NCBI GenBank assembly: GCA_018812485.1
Contig: JAHJDO010000103.1
Location: 3,929 to 67,928, forward strand
Source: a bacterium
GTDB taxonomy: Bacteria > JAHJDO01
DNA length: 64,000 nt
Reading direction: 5' to 3'
Part shown: piece after piece, positions 47,565 to 57,426 of the stretch
Layout: each line of letters begins with the position of its first letter
How positions within the stretch are numbered: position 1 is the first letter of the stretch
The notes under the pieces: model-generated
Databases searched by the model: none
What the model was told of the DNA's origin: nothing
Seen by the model: the letters and a program-made list of their open reading frames with translations, nothing else
Position numbers and translations under genes: made by a program

Positions 47565-49565
47565 TTATCTTTTTATTATTTCCAATGCTTTCTTATACAC
47601 ATTATCAGCAGTAAACCCGAACTTTTCTGCTAATATTTCATATGGCGCAGAAGCTCCAAATTCATCAATTCCGAGCACTTTTCCATCTAATCCTGCATAT
47701 TTGCACCATCCTGCAGTTGAGCCGGCTTCAACTACCAATCTCTGCCTGCATAATGATGGAATAACTTTTTCAATATATGATCCAGACTGTGCTTCAAATA
47801 TTTCGACACTTGGTATATTCACAAGTCTCGCATTATGTCCTTCCTTATTCAGTCGCTCTGTTGCTTCCATACAAATACTGACTTCAGAGCCAGAAGCAAT
47901 AATAACAAGTTCTGGTACTCTGGACTTGCTATCTATTAGCACATACGCCCCTTTAGAAAGGTTTTTTGCTGATGGATATTTATTCCTGTCAATTACAGGA
48001 ATTTTTTGTCTTGTCAGGAGAATAGCAGTTGGCCCATTTTTGTTTTTAAGAGCCTCTATCCATGCAGCAGGTGTCTCAGAGGCGTCAGCCGGTCTTATTA
48101 CTGTTAAGTTGGGTATCAAACGAAGTGAAGCTGCTTGCTCAACGGGTTCATGAGTTGGACCGTCTTCTCCAACAAAAATACTGTCATGTGTAAAAACATA
48201 GATTACCTGCTGCTTCATAATAGCTGCAAGCCGTATAGAAGGTCTCATATAGTCTGAGAAGACAAAAAAAGTAGAGCCATATGGAATAATGCCACCAAAA
48301 AGAGACATGCCATTCAATACTCCGCCCATGCAGTGTTCTCTTATACCAAAATGCATGTTGCGTCCACTGAATTTCACTCTGTTTATAGATTCGTATTTTT
48401 TCAGGATTGTCTTTGTAGACGGAGAAAGATCTGCTGAACCGCCGATAAGAAAAGGAACTTTTTCTGCAATAGCCTGCATTACTTCACCAGCAGCATTTCG
48501 TGTTGCAACCGGTTTGTTTTCAAAGCTTGGTAAAGTGTCTGCTATATTTTCTGGGATTTCTTTATTCAGCCAGTTGTTCAGAGCCTCTGCTTTTTGTGGA
48601 TATTTTGTTTTGTATTCTTCCAGCTTGTTTTCCCAGTCTTTATAGATTAAAAGATTTTTTTCATTACATTTTCCAAAGATTTCCTTTGTTTCCCCTGGTA
48701 TATAAAATGAAGGTTCAAGAGGCCAGCCAATGTTTTCCTTTGTCAGTTTTACTTCTTCTTCTCCTAAAGGCTCGCCGTGTGCAGATGCCGAGTCCTGTTT
48801 ATTAGGAGATCCTTTTGCGATATTAGTTCTGCCTATAATTAAGGTTGGCTTATTTTTTTCTTTTTGTCCTGATTCAATCGCCTCTGCAATTTCCCGAAGA
48901 TTATACGGGTCAATTTTTATTACTTGCCAGTCATATGCTTCAAAGCGTTTTCCTACATCTTCACTAAAGGTAAGAGAAGTATCTCCTTCAATAGTAATGT
49001 GATTGTCATCATAGAAGTATATAATATTTCCGAGTCCAAGATGCCCTGCAAAAGACGCTGCTTCTGCGCTAATACCTTCCATTAGATCCCCATCGGTTAC
49101 TATGCCGTAAACATAGGAATCAAAGAGTTTAATATGGTCTGTATTAAACCTGTTTTCAAAGATTTTTGCCGATATTGCCATACCAACTCCATTTGCAAAT
49201 CCCTGCCCAAGAGGACCGGTTGTTGTCTCAACTCCTGGTGTCATCCCATATTCAGGATGTCCCGGAGTCTTACTATCCCACTGCCTGAAATTTTTAAGTT
49301 CTTCAAGTGATAAGTCAAACCCGCTCAAATGAAGCAATGAGTAAAGAAGCATTGAACCATGTCCGCCGGAAAGAACAAATCTATCTCTATTTATCCACGT
49401 AATATCTTTGGGATTATATCTTAAAAATCTGGTCCAGACTACATATGCATAATCCGCAACTCCCATTGGAAGCCCAGGGTGCCCTGAATTGGCTTTTTGT
49501 ACAGCATCTACTGAGAGCATTTTTATTGTATTTATTGAGAGAGTATCTTTTTTATTAAATTGCAT
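47565..49565 (-). CDS. tkt: Transketolase
   Basis: The N-terminus contains NSGHPGLPMGVAD and the TPP-binding motif GDGDLMEG. Size is 666 aa. Confidence 0.9.
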   Translation of the reverse strand: MQFNKKDTLSINTIKMLSVDAVQKANSGHPGLPMGVADYAYVVWTRFLRYNPKDITWINRDRFVLSGGHGSMLLYSLLHLSGFDLSLEELKNFRQWDSKTPGHPEYGMTPGVETTTGPLGQGFANGVGMAISAKIFENRFNTDHIKLFDSYVYGIVTDGDLMEGISAEAASFAGHLGLGNIIYFYDDNHITIEGDTSLTFSEDVGKRFEAYDWQVIKIDPYNLREIAEAIESGQKEKNKPTLIIGRTNIAKGSPNKQDSASAHGEPLGEEEVKLTKENIGWPLEPSFYIPGETKEIFGKCNEKNLLIYKDWENKLEEYKTKYPQKAEALNNWLNKEIPENIADTLPSFENKPVATRNAAGEVMQAIAEKVPFLIGGSADLSPSTKTILKKYESINRVKFSGRNMHFGIREHCMGGVLNGMSLFGGIIPYGSTFFVFSDYMRPSIRLAAIMKQQVIYVFTHDSIFVGEDGPTHEPVEQAASLRLIPNLTVIRPADASETPAAWIEALKNKNGPTAILLTRQKIPVIDRNKYPSAKNLSKGAYVLIDSKSRVPELVIIASGSEVSICMEATERLNKEGHNARLVNIPSVEIFEAQSGSYIEKVIPSLCRQRLVVEAGSTAGWCKYAGLDGKVLGIDEFGASAPYEILAEKFGFTADNVYKKALEIIKR

Positions 49566-49664
49566 TTCTGTCTCCTCGATTTTTGTGTCTAATTGTCTAA
49601 TTTATAGTGTGTGGTTTTTTATCATAAAAAAAATTTCATGTCAAGAAAATCGCACCCGCTTGAA

Positions 49665-50393
49665 TCACTTCTCGACTTTTTCCAAGTCCTGTTTTGGCTC
49701 GCGATGAAAGTCACATGTCAAATAATCCAAACTCATGGGAAACGCCAGTTCTAAGGTCGAAATAAACTGCACTCCCACACGCACTTGCTTAGGTTGACAT
49801 TCCAGTAAATGTCCACCCCGTTGCCGATCAGATGAAAGAAAATGGAGATGCAGGCCAGGTACACTCAACGAACTAATAAATGAAGGCGTAAAAAACCCTA
49901 CCAAGGTGCCCACAATGTCTCTAAAAGTAAAAACCTGTTGATCCTTGGCGACTTCCACCAAAGGCCGATAATTCTCCTGCTTCGGCACTGAACGGAGCCG
50001 CATATAGGAAAATCGTCCTTCAACCCGAATGGCATAAATAATATTGGACGATGGCAATAGTCTATATAGCCATTCTTGAAATTCAGCATAAGACAATTCT
50101 GTTTCAACCTTATCATGACTCAAAGGCTTATAAAAAGTGACACAGGCAAACGGCGTCGATTCTTGTTCGTTAACTTTACGGACGAATCCTTCGGCAGTGA
50201 TTTGATAAATCTCCCCGTCGAGCATAACCATCTCGCCATCCAACTTGTCAAAGGTGCCTAAACCAAAATCACCGTACTGTTTTATCTGCGTAAAAGGAAT
50301 TTTTTGTTCATAGAGTCCTTCAACGAGTGCATTCACAGGAGCGCACAGGTAAACACGACTCGTGTCAGGTGTAGCCTGTTCTTTTTTCTTCAT
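49665..50393 (-). CDS. alsD: Alpha-acetolactate decarboxylase
   Basis: The protein aligns along its length to the AlsD/BudA pattern (GDFGLGTF..LDGE...DG..Y; FYAIR..G.F; GT.VGFFTP......S..G.HLHF). Local GC is about 45%, against about 37% for the rest of the window. Confidence 0.8.
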   Translation of the reverse strand: MKKKEQATPDTSRVYLCAPVNALVEGLYEQKIPFTQIKQYGDFGLGTFDKLDGEMVMLDGEIYQITAEGFVRKVNEQESTPFACVTFYKPLSHDKVETELSYAEFQEWLYRLLPSSNIIYAIRVEGRFSYMRLRSVPKQENYRPLVEVAKDQQVFTFRDIVGTLVGFFTPSFISSLSVPGLHLHFLSSDRQRGGHLLECQPKQVRVGVQFISTLELAFPMSLDYLTCDFHREPKQDLEKVEK

Positions 50394-50415
50394 TATCCTC
50401 TCCTAATTTTTTTGC

Positions 50416-50964
50416 TCATTTCCCTTTGGATCCGTAACCACTGCCGATGGCAGAAAAGGGGAGGTCTAGTTCCAGTTTCGGCACCAGCTTGGCGATCCAG
50501 GCGGTAAAGGTGTTGCTGTTGGGACCTGGAAAGGCCTTGTATTTCGTTTTCCATGGGTAAGCACGGGCAGCCTTGTCGACGGCATCAATCAGTTCGTCTA
50601 CTCCCGTTCCTCTATGCTCTTTGAGAATCCGTGGTTTCTCGCCATACCAGTAGCGGTCGGGGACGTCCTGGGTAATCCTCAGGACCGGCTGGCCGTGATA
50701 ACCGCGCCAACCGACCACGTCATACACCGTGTAAGAGGCTTCGCCGGTCCGCTTGGCTGCAATCCAGGTGTGAATGGCAAACCAGCCACGCCAGCCCCAG
50801 GCCTTGGCACCGTAGACGTGAAGAACCGCTTCTTTTGTCACGGCAGGGTCGGGTGCGATCCCAGCAGGTTCGCGGCTGGCGGTGCGCCAGTCTTTACCAG
50901 AAGAACAGTTCGACAAAATCAATCCCATCAGGACAAAAGCCGGCAGTAGTTTCAAGATTTTCAT
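50416..50964 (-). CDS. DUF3750-like lipoprotein
   Basis: It has a lipoprotein-type signal MKILKLLPAFVLMGLILSNC and a Trp-rich core (WGWRGWFAIHTWIAAK). GC is markedly higher than elsewhere in the window, above 55% by eye. The likely start is 50964, and the ORF-track start at 50994 extends the N-terminus. Confidence 0.45.
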   Translation of the reverse strand: MKILKLLPAFVLMGLILSNCSSGKDWRTASREPAGIAPDPAVTKEAVLHVYGAKAWGWRGWFAIHTWIAAKRTGEASYTVYDVVGWRGYHGQPVLRITQDVPDRYWYGEKPRILKEHRGTGVDELIDAVDKAARAYPWKTKYKAFPGPNSNTFTAWIAKLVPKLELDLPFSAIGSGYGSKGK

Positions 50965-50975
50965 AAATATATGCT

Positions 50976-52064
50976 TCACGAAATCACCTTGCAAATCTTA
51001 GCAATAAGCAGCTCTAATGCCAGTTTTTGGGGAACTTTACCTGTCTTTATAGCAACCTCTGTTTCAAACAATTTCTTAATATCTTCCATCAGCTCTTCTT
51101 TTTGAAATTTTAGACTTTGCTGAGCTATTCTGAATATGAGGTAAGGATGCTGCCCAGAGAGCTTTTTGGAAGCAGAACTATATATCTTCTGATCATAGTA
51201 TCCTTTTCTGACTATATCAAGAGGAATGTCATCTTTTTCAATAAGTATCTTAATCTGCAATAACAGCCTGATTCTTTTTGTCAGCATAGGCACAATGCTA
51301 TAGCTAGTGTTTTGAGTACGAGAGAATTCCTCAAGAAGTTTTAAGGCTCTTGGAAGGTTTTTCTCTGCAACTGCATCAGACATAGCAAATGATGCATATT
51401 CTATTGATTCAGGGACAAGTATATTTATATCATCCTCTGTAATATTATCTTTGCCATTGCAATAAAGTTCTAATTTGTCGAGTTCATTTATTATTTGCCT
51501 GAGATTTACTCCGGTGAAAGACAGTAGATATTCAAAGGCAATTGGAGAGAGCTGTTTAGCGCTCTTCTTTAGTTTTAGCTGTACAAATTCATATAGTTGG
51601 TTTCTGTCTGATTTTTTGTTTTCCTTGAAAGAGGAAAATTCAATTACTTCTCCAATTTTTTTATCCGCCTGTTCAGCAGTTAAAATTACATAGGTATTAG
51701 CGGGTATGTCATGTTCTATCGTTTCATCAAATCCTTCAGAATTTTTCCCGAGTAGATTTTCACAATCTTTAATCCAGACAACACGTTTAAGTCCGAGTAA
51801 AGAAGGAGTCTTTATTGCAGATATAATGCTCTTTATATCTGTGTCTTTCGCATGTACTATTTCCAATCCAAACTCTTTTTTATCTCCAGGTAATAGTATG
51901 TTGATAATCTTCTTGGCAGTGTCCTCTACCAGATAACTCTCTCCGCCAAAAATCAGGAATAAATTAGGGGGATCTCCGTTTTTTATTTTTTTGATCAGAT
52001 TGGATTGTTTACTTAGTCTGTTTTCTAACACTTTCAACCCTTCTGGTATATGAAAAAATTTCAT
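50976..52064 (-). CDS. holA: DNA polymerase III delta subunit
   Basis: LFLIFGGESYLVEDTAKKII matches the HolA N-terminus. The protein is 362 aa with an AAA-lid plus delta C-terminal domain pattern. The start is uncertain because the ORF-track start overlaps the upstream ABC gene by 55 nt. Confidence 0.7.
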   Translation of the reverse strand: MKFFHIPEGLKVLENRLSKQSNLIKKIKNGDPPNLFLIFGGESYLVEDTAKKIINILLPGDKKEFGLEIVHAKDTDIKSIISAIKTPSLLGLKRVVWIKDCENLLGKNSEGFDETIEHDIPANTYVILTAEQADKKIGEVIEFSSFKENKKSDRNQLYEFVQLKLKKSAKQLSPIAFEYLLSFTGVNLRQIINELDKLELYCNGKDNITEDDINILVPESIEYASFAMSDAVAEKNLPRALKLLEEFSRTQNTSYSIVPMLTKRIRLLLQIKILIEKDDIPLDIVRKGYYDQKIYSSASKKLSGQHPYLIFRIAQQSLKFQKEELMEDIKKLFETEVAIKTGKVPQKLALELLIAKICKVIS

Positions 52065-52953
52065 ACATCACATGACATGCAAGATAATGCTCTTTACCTA
52101 TCTGTTTTAACTCAGGAACCTGGCTTTTACATCTATTTTTGGCAATTTTGCATCTCGGATAAAAGCTGCATCCTGAAGATGGCGGTAATGAACTTGATGT
52201 TTCCTCTGCAGGTGCCCCGCGAAGCAAAGTATTTGTATAAGGATGCAGCGGCCTTTTGAATATTTCATCGCACGGACCTTGTTCCACTATTTTACCAAGA
52301 TACATTACGCACACACGATGACTTATGTACTTGATTATGTTTAAGTCATGTGAAATAAAGAGCATAGAAAGGCTGAAGTCAGACTGTAGTTGACTCAGCA
52401 GATTTAGTATTTGTGCCTGTATTGAGACATCCAGAGATGAAGTCGGCTCATCAGCAATTATAAGCTCAGAGTTTGCTGCTAAAGCTCTGGCTATGCCAAC
52501 ACGCTGTTTCTGCCCTCCGCTTAGTTGATGGGGATATTTATTTAACATTTTTATGTCTAATCCAACCATCTTTATAAGTCTTTTAATTTCTGGCAACATA
52601 TTCTTTTTACTTAATGACCTATTTATTAGTAATGGCTCGCGAAGTGTCTGGTTTATGTTCATTCTTGGATTTAGAGAGTTTACAGGGTCCTGAAATATCA
52701 GTTGCGGGTTAACGCTTTTATCTCCAAGATATTCTATAGTTCCTTTATCAGGCGGAATAAGCCCTGTTATTAGCTTTCCAACGGTGCTTTTACCGCACCC
52801 GCTTTCTCCAACAAGTCCAAGTATTTCTCCTCGCCCAATATAAAAACTCACACCATCAACAGCTTTTACTACATATGAATGCTTAGCCCAAAGACTTGTT
52901 TTCCGCGAGAAATATTTCTCTACATCCTTTATAACTAAAATTTCTTGTTTCAT
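52009..52953 (-). CDS. ABC transporter ATP-binding protein, oligopeptide/dipeptide OppF/DppF-like
   Basis: It has Walker A GESGCGKST, the signature LSGGQKQR, and the oligopeptide-type Cys-rich C-terminal extension. The start is likely 52953, giving an ATGA overlap with the upstream gene. Confidence 0.8.
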   Translation of the reverse strand: MKQEILVIKDVEKYFSRKTSLWAKHSYVVKAVDGVSFYIGRGEILGLVGESGCGKSTVGKLITGLIPPDKGTIEYLGDKSVNPQLIFQDPVNSLNPRMNINQTLREPLLINRSLSKKNMLPEIKRLIKMVGLDIKMLNKYPHQLSGGQKQRVGIARALAANSELIIADEPTSSLDVSIQAQILNLLSQLQSDFSLSMLFISHDLNIIKYISHRVCVMYLGKIVEQGPCDEIFKRPLHPYTNTLLRGAPAEETSSSLPPSSGCSFYPRCKIAKNRCKSQVPELKQIGKEHYLACHVMYEIFSYTRRVESVRKQTK

Positions 52954-52955
52954 CT

Positions 52956-53915
52956 TTATCTCTTCAAACATCTAACAAAATGTTGTTTCTCAACTTCAAA
53001 CAATCCGGGTTTGGCTTTTTTGCATATTCTATCAGCTTCTCTGCATCTTGGATGAAACCTGCATCCTGTGGGAAATTCAGCCGGATTTGGCACAGAGCCC
53101 GGAATAACTTCCAGTTTACCTTTTTCTTTTTTTAAGTTTGGCACAGACTTTAGAAGAGCTTCTGTATAAGGATGTAGAGGGCAGGCAAAAATTTGTTTTA
53201 CATCTGCCTCTTCTACAATTTCTCCTCCATACATTACTACAACTCGCTGGGCAACTTGAGCCACTATGCTCAAATCATGAGTTATTAATAAAATTGACAT
53301 ATTGAGTTTCCTCTGCAGAGTTTTTAGCAGGGAAAGTATTTGTGCCTGAATAGTAACATCCAGAGCAGTTGTTGGTTCGTCTGCGATCAGGAGCTGTGGC
53401 TTTGTAATTAGAGCCATAGCAATCATTACTCTCTGCTGCATACCTCCGCTGAGTTGATGCGGGTATGTATTAAATATTCTTTGCTGATCCGGGAGCCCGA
53501 CAGTTTTTAAGATATCAATTGTGTCTCTGTATGCCTGAGCTTTCGGAGTAGATTTGTGTGTGAAGATAGCTTCCAGAATTTGATTTCCAATAGTAAGAGT
53601 TGGATTAAGGCATGAGAGAGGTTCTTGAAATATCATGGATATGTTATTGCCTCTTATTTTTCTCAACTGCTTATTCCCTAATTCCAGAAGATCTGTATCA
53701 TTGAAGTTTATCTTTCCTCCTACAATCTTTCCTGGGGGAGAGATGAGCTTTAGTATTGAGAGAGCAGTTGTACTCTTGCCGCATCCACTCTCACCAACAA
53801 TCGCTACAATCTCTTTGGCCCGAATAGAAAAGCTTACATCATCAACAGCTTTAAGAATCTGTTCTTCCATGTAAAAATATGTCTTTAGATTTTGAATATC
53901 CAGTAAATTCTTCAT
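52956..53915 (-). CDS. ABC transporter ATP-binding protein, OppD/DppD-like
   Basis: It has Walker A GESGCGKST and the signature LSGGMQQRV. The C-terminal TOBE-like extension reads HPYT...CRFHPRC. Confidence 0.8.
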   Translation of the reverse strand: MKNLLDIQNLKTYFYMEEQILKAVDDVSFSIRAKEIVAIVGESGCGKSTTALSILKLISPPGKIVGGKINFNDTDLLELGNKQLRKIRGNNISMIFQEPLSCLNPTLTIGNQILEAIFTHKSTPKAQAYRDTIDILKTVGLPDQQRIFNTYPHQLSGGMQQRVMIAMALITKPQLLIADEPTTALDVTIQAQILSLLKTLQRKLNMSILLITHDLSIVAQVAQRVVVMYGGEIVEEADVKQIFACPLHPYTEALLKSVPNLKKEKGKLEVIPGSVPNPAEFPTGCRFHPRCREADRICKKAKPGLFEVEKQHFVRCLKR

Positions 53916-53919
53916 AAAA

Positions 53920-54774
53920 CTATGATTTGTTTTGTATAATAGTGACTACTTCCTTTATGCTCTCAGGTGATGTTGATGCTCCAGCGCTTATTCCAATCTT
54001 CTCCTTGTCCTGCAGCCATATAAAGTTTATATCATGGGCTGTCTCTATATGATAGGTTGTTACACCTGTTTCTTTGCTGACTTCAACTAATCGTTTTGTG
54101 TTTGCACTGTTATAGCCCCCAATCACTATCATCACATCAGAGCGTTTTGCCAGCTTCTTGGCAGCGTTTTGTTTTATTATGGTGGTTTCACATATTGTAT
54201 TGTATATTCTTAATTCATTAGAGTAGGGAAGCACAGCTAAGGATATCTGTCTAAGGTTCCATATCCCCTGGGTTGTCTGTGAAACTATACCGATTTTTTT
54301 CTCCCTCTCGAGTCTTTTAATATCAATTTCAAATTTGTCCTCAACAACCTGAAAGTTGGTTCCACAGAAACCTACGATGCCTTTTGTTTCAGCATGATTT
54401 TTGTCTCCTATAATGACGATATGGTATTTATCTTTCTTTAGCTGTTCAGCATATTTCTGCGCTTTCCTGACTAACGGACATGTAGCGTCAATAATTTTCA
54501 GACCTTTTTTATAGGCTTTTTTAATCAGTTCTGGTTCAAGTCCATGTGCAGGGATGACTAAAATCCCTTCTTTTATGATTGAAATATCTTTAACTATTTT
54601 TAGCCCTCTAGCCATGAGATTCTTTACTACCTGCGGGTTATGAATTATTGGGCCCATGCAGTAAATATTCTTTTCTTTCTTAAGGGTCTGTTCAACTATT
54701 TTAATAGCTCTTTTTACACCAAAACAGAACCCAGAATGGTTTGCTACTTCAATTTTCATTTTAATATCTTTCAA
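53920..54774 (-). CDS. ispH: 4-hydroxy-3-methylbut-2-enyl diphosphate reductase
   Basis: The N-terminus GFCFGVKRAI is typical of LytB/IspH. A conserved Cys triad lies in ATCPLV. Size is 284 aa. Confidence 0.9.
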   Translation of the reverse strand: MKDIKMKIEVANHSGFCFGVKRAIKIVEQTLKKEKNIYCMGPIIHNPQVVKNLMARGLKIVKDISIIKEGILVIPAHGLEPELIKKAYKKGLKIIDATCPLVRKAQKYAEQLKKDKYHIVIIGDKNHAETKGIVGFCGTNFQVVEDKFEIDIKRLEREKKIGIVSQTTQGIWNLRQISLAVLPYSNELRIYNTICETTIIKQNAAKKLAKRSDVMIVIGGYNSANTKRLVEVSKETGVTTYHIETAHDINFIWLQDKEKIGISAGASTSPESIKEVVTIIQNKS

Positions 54775-54831
54775 ATAAACTGTATTATATCAGAATAAGT
54801 TCTAAAGTGTAAAATTTGGAGGGACAAAATT

Positions 54832-55221
54832 ATGAAGCTTGAGGATAATCATAAGTGTTTTGTATGCGGCAAGAAAAACTCCGACGGATTAAAGATTGAT
54901 TTCAAGGTTTCAGATAATAAGATTCAGGCAGAGTTTGTCCCTCGCAGTTCTCTTCAAGGTTATACAAACATAGTACATGGCGGTATTATAAGCATGCTTC
55001 TGGATGAGGCAATGGGGAAGCTGGCTTTTGAACTCGGAATTAATTGTCTTACAGCTGAAATCAATGTGAGATTTAAAAATCCGGCTTATGTAGGCAAGAA
55101 GTATGTTCTAACAGGCGAACTTCTGAAAAAAACTCATAGGATTGTATTTGCAAAAGCAAAAATACAGGATGAGTCAGACTTGCTTATCGCTGAAGCAACA
55201 GGCAAGCTTATGGTTGTTTAG
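54832..55221 (+). CDS. PaaI-family hotdog thioesterase
   Basis: The protein is 129 aa. The pattern NIVHGGIISMLLDEAMG is the hotdog active-site helix. Confidence 0.65.
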   Translation: MKLEDNHKCFVCGKKNSDGLKIDFKVSDNKIQAEFVPRSSLQGYTNIVHGGIISMLLDEAMGKLAFELGINCLTAEINVRFKNPAYVGKKYVLTGELLKKTHRIVFAKAKIQDESDLLIAEATGKLMVV

Positions 55222-55236
55222 GAATCAGAAAATTTC

Positions 55237-55264
55237 TTGCCATCAATATAAAATTTTGTATAAT
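55237..55264 (+). promoter_or_regulatory. Putative tRNA promoter TTGCCA-16-TATAAT
   Basis: The -35 box is at 55237-55242 and the -10 box at 55259-55264, about 28 nt upstream of the tRNA 5' end. Confidence 0.35.
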
Positions 55265-55291
55265 ACACACTGTTCTGTTTTAAACTGAACA

Positions 55292-55369
<78 letters not shown>

Positions 55370-55385
55370 CCTGCTTTACCGGGAT

Positions 55386-55886
55386 TTATCTAAGTGCAAT
55401 CGGTTTTCTGAGAATTTCAGACATTATAATGCCTGTTCTAGCGTCAGATATCCCCAATGATAATGCAGATATCTCCTCTTCTGATTCCCAGAAATTGTCT
55501 TCAAAATTAACCGCAGGAACTTTTTCTACTTTCTCCTCAACAGGCTTTTTAAATTCTTCTTCATGGATTTCTTCTATATTATCTTCAACAAATTCAGGTT
55601 GAAGATAGTCCTCTTCAGGTGCCTGTTCAAACAGCCTATTAATGGATTCCTGAGATTCCTCTTCTTTTACAAGATTGAGTTCCTTGAGAAATCCTCTAAC
55701 TGCGTCCTGATTTGCCTCATAAACAGGCTCTTTTGGTGCTTGATGAGTTTCCTCAGCGGGCTTTCTTTGAGGGCTATAAGATGTGCGGCTCTGGGTATTT
55801 TTCATCTCAGAGAATTTCCTTGCTATCTTTATAACCCAAACGCCAAAGAATATTACAAAGAATAGTATCTTGATTATTGAGCCCAT
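55386..55886 (-). CDS. Hypothetical N-terminally membrane-anchored, highly acidic protein (possible YqfB-like partner of FloA)
   Basis: It has an N-terminal TM helix (IIKILFFVIFFGVWVI) and a Glu/Asp-rich soluble region. It lies immediately downstream of floA in the same operon. Confidence 0.45.
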   Translation of the reverse strand: MGSIIKILFFVIFFGVWVIKIARKFSEMKNTQSRTSYSPQRKPAEETHQAPKEPVYEANQDAVRGFLKELNLVKEEESQESINRLFEQAPEEDYLQPEFVEDNIEEIHEEEFKKPVEEKVEKVPAVNFEDNFWESEEEISALSLGISDARTGIIMSEILRKPIALR

Positions 55887-55895
55887 GTTATCACC

Positions 55896-56930
55896 TTATT
55901 CTTTTTTGGATTTTGTTTCCTTTGTACCGTCTGCGATCGAATCTCTCATCCCGGTATCTGCCTGAATATTCTTCATCTTGTAGTAGTCCATAATACCAAG
56001 ATTTCCCTTTCTGAAAGCGTCTGCCATTGCTTTTGGTACTTCTGCTTCAGCTTCTGTAACCTTTGCTCTCATTTCCACAACTTTAGCTTTCATCTCCTGT
56101 TCCAAAGCAACAGCCATAGCACGGCGGCTTTCTGCCTTAGCCTGAGCTATCTGTTTATCTGCCTCAGCCTGTTTTGTCTGAAGTATTGCTCCAATATTAT
56201 CTCCTACATCAACATCCGCAATATCTATTGAGAGTATTTCAAATGCAGTACCTGAATCAAGCCCTTTCTCCAATACCTTTTTAGATATCATATCCGGATT
56301 TTCCAGCACTTTTTTATGTGTTTGTGCAGAACCAATGGTAGTTACAATTCCTTCTCCAACACGTGCAATAATCGTCTCTTCAGTTGCTCCTCCAACAAGT
56401 TGCTGGATATTGGTCTTTACAGTAACTCTGGCTTTTGCTCTTAACTGAATTCCGTCCATTGCTACTGCCGCTACAGTTGAAGCTCCCTTACTAGGATCAG
56501 GGCAGTCAATTACCTTTGGCATTACACTTGTCTGTACAGCTTCAAGAACATTCCTGCCTGCAAGGTCAATTGCAGTTGCCTTTTTGAAATCAAGCGCTAT
56601 TTCTGCCTTACTGGCTGATATTAAGGCCTTGACAACACTTTCCACATGGTATGTACCGCTTGCAGGTTTTCCCATTATTGGCTGACCGTCTGAAGCCAGA
56701 TAATGCGCTTCAAGCTCATCCGAGGATATATCCAGGCCTGCTTTTACAGCCATAATTCTGGTATTCACTATAATGCTGGCTGGAACTCCTCTAAGTCTCA
56801 TAATAACAAGTTTTATCATACTTACCGGCGCACCTGATACCATTGCTCTAAGCCATAAGCTAAAGAATTTGGCAATAGTTATTACAAGCAAAACAGCTAC
56901 CGCTATGAGTATAAACATTAATACTTTCAT
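55896..56930 (-). CDS. floA: Flotillin-like protein FloA (UPF0365/YqfA family, SPFH superfamily)
   Basis: The protein is collinear with Bacillus FloA ([76 protein letters not shown]). It carries an extra insertion of about 19 aa ([19 protein letters not shown]). Confidence 0.85.
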   Translation of the reverse strand: MKVLMFILIAVAVLLVITIAKFFSLWLRAMVSGAPVSMIKLVIMRLRGVPASIIVNTRIMAVKAGLDISSDELEAHYLASDGQPIMGKPASGTYHVESVVKALISASKAEIALDFKKATAIDLAGRNVLEAVQTSVMPKVIDCPDPSKGASTVAAVAMDGIQLRAKARVTVKTNIQQLVGGATEETIIARVGEGIVTTIGSAQTHKKVLENPDMISKKVLEKGLDSGTAFEILSIDIADVDVGDNIGAILQTKQAEADKQIAQAKAESRRAMAVALEQEMKAKVVEMRAKVTEAEAEVPKAMADAFRKGNLGIMDYYKMKNIQADTGMRDSIADGTKETKSKKE

Positions 56931-56958
56931 CTCTTTTTCTCCTTTTCGGTTATTGATT

Positions 56959-57426
56959 TTAGATTTTTCTTACAACAATTTTCTTCCCGCTGACCATCAC
57001 CACCTTTACTTTTTCATTTTTCTGTACATATCCTCCTTCCGTTACGACATCAAATTTCTTTCCATTGATTTCAGCCTTTCCCGCAGGTCTCAAGAGGGTC
57101 AGAGCAATTCCTTCCTTATCTTTTATATCCTCCAAGTTGTCATGAGAGACGAATCCTTCATTTTTACTCTCTTTTTTAGAGAGAATAACATATTGTCCGA
57201 ACTTTGTCTTTGGCAAAAACTTTAACGCAAGTATTATTGCTATTCCTGCAAAAACCAGTTCCAGAATCAAAGCATAAAAGCCTAATGAGGGATAATTTTT
57301 AAAGCATAGGAATATACTTCCACATATTGCCAGACATCCGCCAAGGCCAAATATCCCTCCTGGAACAAATATCTCAATAAAGATAAATGTTATTCCTGCA
57401 ATGAACAAAAGAATTATAGTCCACAT
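56959..57426 (-). CDS. NfeD-family protein, short form (TM anchor plus C-terminal OB-fold)
   Basis: The protein is 155 aa. It has N-terminal TM helices and a C-terminal G.A.I.G....V motif ([19 protein letters not shown]). Confidence 0.7.
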   Translation of the reverse strand: MWTIILLFIAGITFIFIEIFVPGGIFGLGGCLAICGSIFLCFKNYPSLGFYALILELVFAGIAIILALKFLPKTKFGQYVILSKKESKNEGFVSHDNLEDIKDKEGIALTLLRPAGKAEINGKKFDVVTEGGYVQKNEKVKVVMVSGKKIVVRKI

